Assembly (NCBI GenBank): GCA_947447245.1
Contig: CANFJC010000054.1
Span: 1 to 13,125 of the forward strand
Length of the DNA stretch: 13,125 nucleotides
Direction: 5' to 3'
Source: Comamonadaceae bacterium
GTDB lineage: Bacteria > Pseudomonadota > Gammaproteobacteria > Burkholderiales > Burkholderiaceae_C
Part shown: positions 11,981 through 13,125 of the stretch, piece by piece
Numbering within the stretch: position 1 is the stretch's first letter
Layout of the letters: each line of letters starts with the position of its first letter
Notes under the pieces: generated by a model
Database searches by the model: none
What the model saw: the letters and a program-made list of their open reading frames with translations, nothing else
What the model was told of the DNA's origin: nothing
Program-made: the position numbers and the translations under genes

Positions 11981-12862
11981 ATGACCCTCTCCAATCAGAG
12001 CCTGCATCCAGGCAGCTTGCTACGGCAAAAAGTGAATGCCAAAAACGGCTTGTTGGTTGCTGGCGCAGCCAACGCTCTGGCAGCCAGGGTCATTCAACAA
12101 GTTGGTTTTGAAGCGGTTTACCTCAGTGGTGCAGGCATCACCAATACCTTTTATGGCATTCCCGACTTGGGCTTTATTGGCTTAAGCGATTTGGCACAAC
12201 ACACTGCAGCGACCAGAGATGCAATCGATCTGCCCATCATCGTTGACGCCGATACCGGCTTTGGCAATGCTTTGAATGTGCGCCAAACTGTGCGCACCTT
12301 AGAGCGGTCGGGTGCGAATGCCATTCAACTTGAAGATCAACTCATGCCCAAGAAATGTGGTCATTTTGCTGGCAAGGCTGTGGTTTCCGCTGAAGAGATG
12401 ATTGGCAAAATCAAGGCGGCTGTCGATGCGCGGCATCACTCAGATTTCTTAATCATTGCTCGCACCGATGCACGCGCAGTGTTGGGCCTCAATGAAGCCC
12501 TTGACCGGGCAGCAGCCTATGCAGAACACGGTGCTGACATGACTTTTGTGGAAGCGCCAGAAAGTGTTGAAGAAATGCAGCGCATTGCCAAAGAACTTCG
12601 CTGTCCGCAAATTGTGAATGTGGTCATCGGCGGCAAAACCCCTGCACTGCCGCAGAAAGTTTTGGCTGAAATGGGTTTTGGTCTGGTGCTTTATGCCAAT
12701 GCCGCTTTGCAAGGTGCCGTGCGTGGCATGACTCAAGCACTCACTCAACTGAAAGCGCAAGGCGAACTGCAAGAAGACGCGCGCTTGGTGGCCACTTTTG
12801 CAGAGCGCCAAGCTTTGGTTCAAAAACCCTTGTTTGACGCTCTGGAAGCCAAATACAAATAA
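11981..12862 (+). CDS. Isocitrate lyase / PEP mutase superfamily enzyme (2-methylisocitrate-lyase-like / carboxyvinyl-carboxyphosphonate phosphorylmutase-like), 293 aa.
   Basis: Superfamily motifs are present: YLSGAG, IVDADTGFGNA, the catalytic loop EDQLMPKKCGHFAGK (K-[KR]-C-G-H) and IIARTDA. Its ATG directly abuts the TAA of the upstream Bug gene (TAAATG). Substrate specificity cannot be read from the sequence. Confidence 0.9.
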   Translation: MTLSNQSLHPGSLLRQKVNAKNGLLVAGAANALAARVIQQVGFEAVYLSGAGITNTFYGIPDLGFIGLSDLAQHTAATRDAIDLPIIVDADTGFGNALNVRQTVRTLERSGANAIQLEDQLMPKKCGHFAGKAVVSAEEMIGKIKAAVDARHHSDFLIIARTDARAVLGLNEALDRAAAYAEHGADMTFVEAPESVEEMQRIAKELRCPQIVNVVIGGKTPALPQKVLAEMGFGLVLYANAALQGAVRGMTQALTQLKAQGELQEDARLVATFAERQALVQKPLFDALEAKYK

Positions 12863-12873
12863 GCGGCGAAGGC

Positions 12874-13125
12874 TTAAGGCTGCATGGCCTTTTGCCAATA
12901 ACGCTTATCGATGTATTTGCTGGGGTCGGTGAGTTTTTGCGTGCCCTCTCCCAACTTGCTGCGCAAATCCATCACGGCTTGAATGCCCTTGTCGTCTAGC
13001 TGCACATCTGAGAAAAAGCCCGATTGCGGGTCGAGCAGCAAATCGCCCGATTGAGCTGCAATTTGGGCATTCATGTTGGGCACATATTTCATCAGGAGGG
13101 CCTGTGCTTGTGGGCGATTTTCAGG
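12874..13125 (-). CDS. C-terminal part of a periplasmic substrate-binding protein (NMT1/THI5-like, NitT/TauT-type ABC SBP suspected). Partial; it continues beyond the window.
   Basis: The frame stays open from 13092 to the window edge (…PENRPQAQALLMKYVPNMNAQ…), and there is no SD before the track's Met. The C-terminal …LTDPSKYIDKRYWQKAMQP resembles the ends of aliphatic sulfonate/nitrate-type binding proteins. That family call is memory-based. Confidence 0.55.
   Translation of the reverse strand, partial: PENRPQAQALLMKYVPNMNAQIAAQSGDLLLDPQSGFFSDVQLDDKGIQAVMDLRSKLGEGTQKLTDPSKYIDKRYWQKAMQP

Noticed and set aside
428-12898. Shadow and antisense ORFs lying wholly or mostly inside, or in alternative frames of, confident genes. 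Examples:
- 428-664, 555-830, 880-1113
- 1768-1986, 2047-2283, 2709-2912
- 5778-6023, 5818-6165, 6423-6653, 6784-7023
- 7162-7344, 7335-7691, 7805-7999, 7809-8021
- 8419-8607, 8916-9221, 9011-9250
- 10231-10452, 10521-10730, 10778-10981
- 11399-11599, 11625-11825, 11770-11967, 12449-12898
   Set aside because: They overlap better-supported genes, lack RBSs and have skewed compositions (Cys/Arg/His-rich). 8916-9221 even runs antisense through the tRNA and its terminator.
1-13125. CRISPR arrays, retron/RT, restriction-modification, toxin-antitoxin and other known defence signatures.
   Set aside because: I saw no regularly spaced direct repeats, no RT, Cas, methyltransferase or nuclease motifs, and no small adjacent toxin/antitoxin-like pair that I could recognise. 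Nothing supports such a call.

Overview
This 13.1-kb window reads as a betaproteobacterial (Burkholderiales-like) chromosome segment; the taxon is an inference from the Bug/TctC-type binding proteins, the porin type and the LysR/EamA context. It has two compositional parts.

Left part (1 to ~4360). It is AT-richer: my approximate hand counts of single 60-nt lines give ~32-43% GC, against ~50-62% in lines on the right. It looks horizontally acquired. It holds:
- the end of an IS3-family (IS407-group-like) insertion sequence that has cut an AAA+ ATPase gene at its Walker A motif
- two orphan proteins (284 aa and ~313 aa)
- a minimal 188-aa tyrosine recombinase
- two small upstream genes (a 125-aa HTH-like protein and a ~59-aa coiled coil)
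- a 725-bp hairpin-dense non-coding gap

Right part. This is ordinary gene content:
- a conserved 146-aa protein of unknown function
- a LysR regulator
- an outer-membrane porin
- a small monohaem cytochrome c
- a DUF2164-like small protein
- tRNA(CAT)
- an EamA/DMT transporter
- two divergent Bug/TctC-family periplasmic binding proteins, one translationally coupled to an isocitrate-lyase/PEP-mutase-family enzyme
- the 3' end of a further periplasmic binding protein

I see no CRISPR array, reverse transcriptase, Cas, restriction-modification or recognisable toxin domain, so no known defence system can be called.

The most interesting unexplained signals are:
1. the long structured non-coding gap beside the minimal recombinase operon
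2. a 17-nt palindrome TGTCGTGTAACACGACA present three times, at the island composition break and twice near the tRNA
3. two diverged ~160-nt direct repeats that bracket the DUF2164 gene and precede the tRNA
4. twin perfect 15-nt palindromes plus an exact 13-nt direct repeat upstream of the porin

All functional readings of these are hypotheses that need database and experimental checks.
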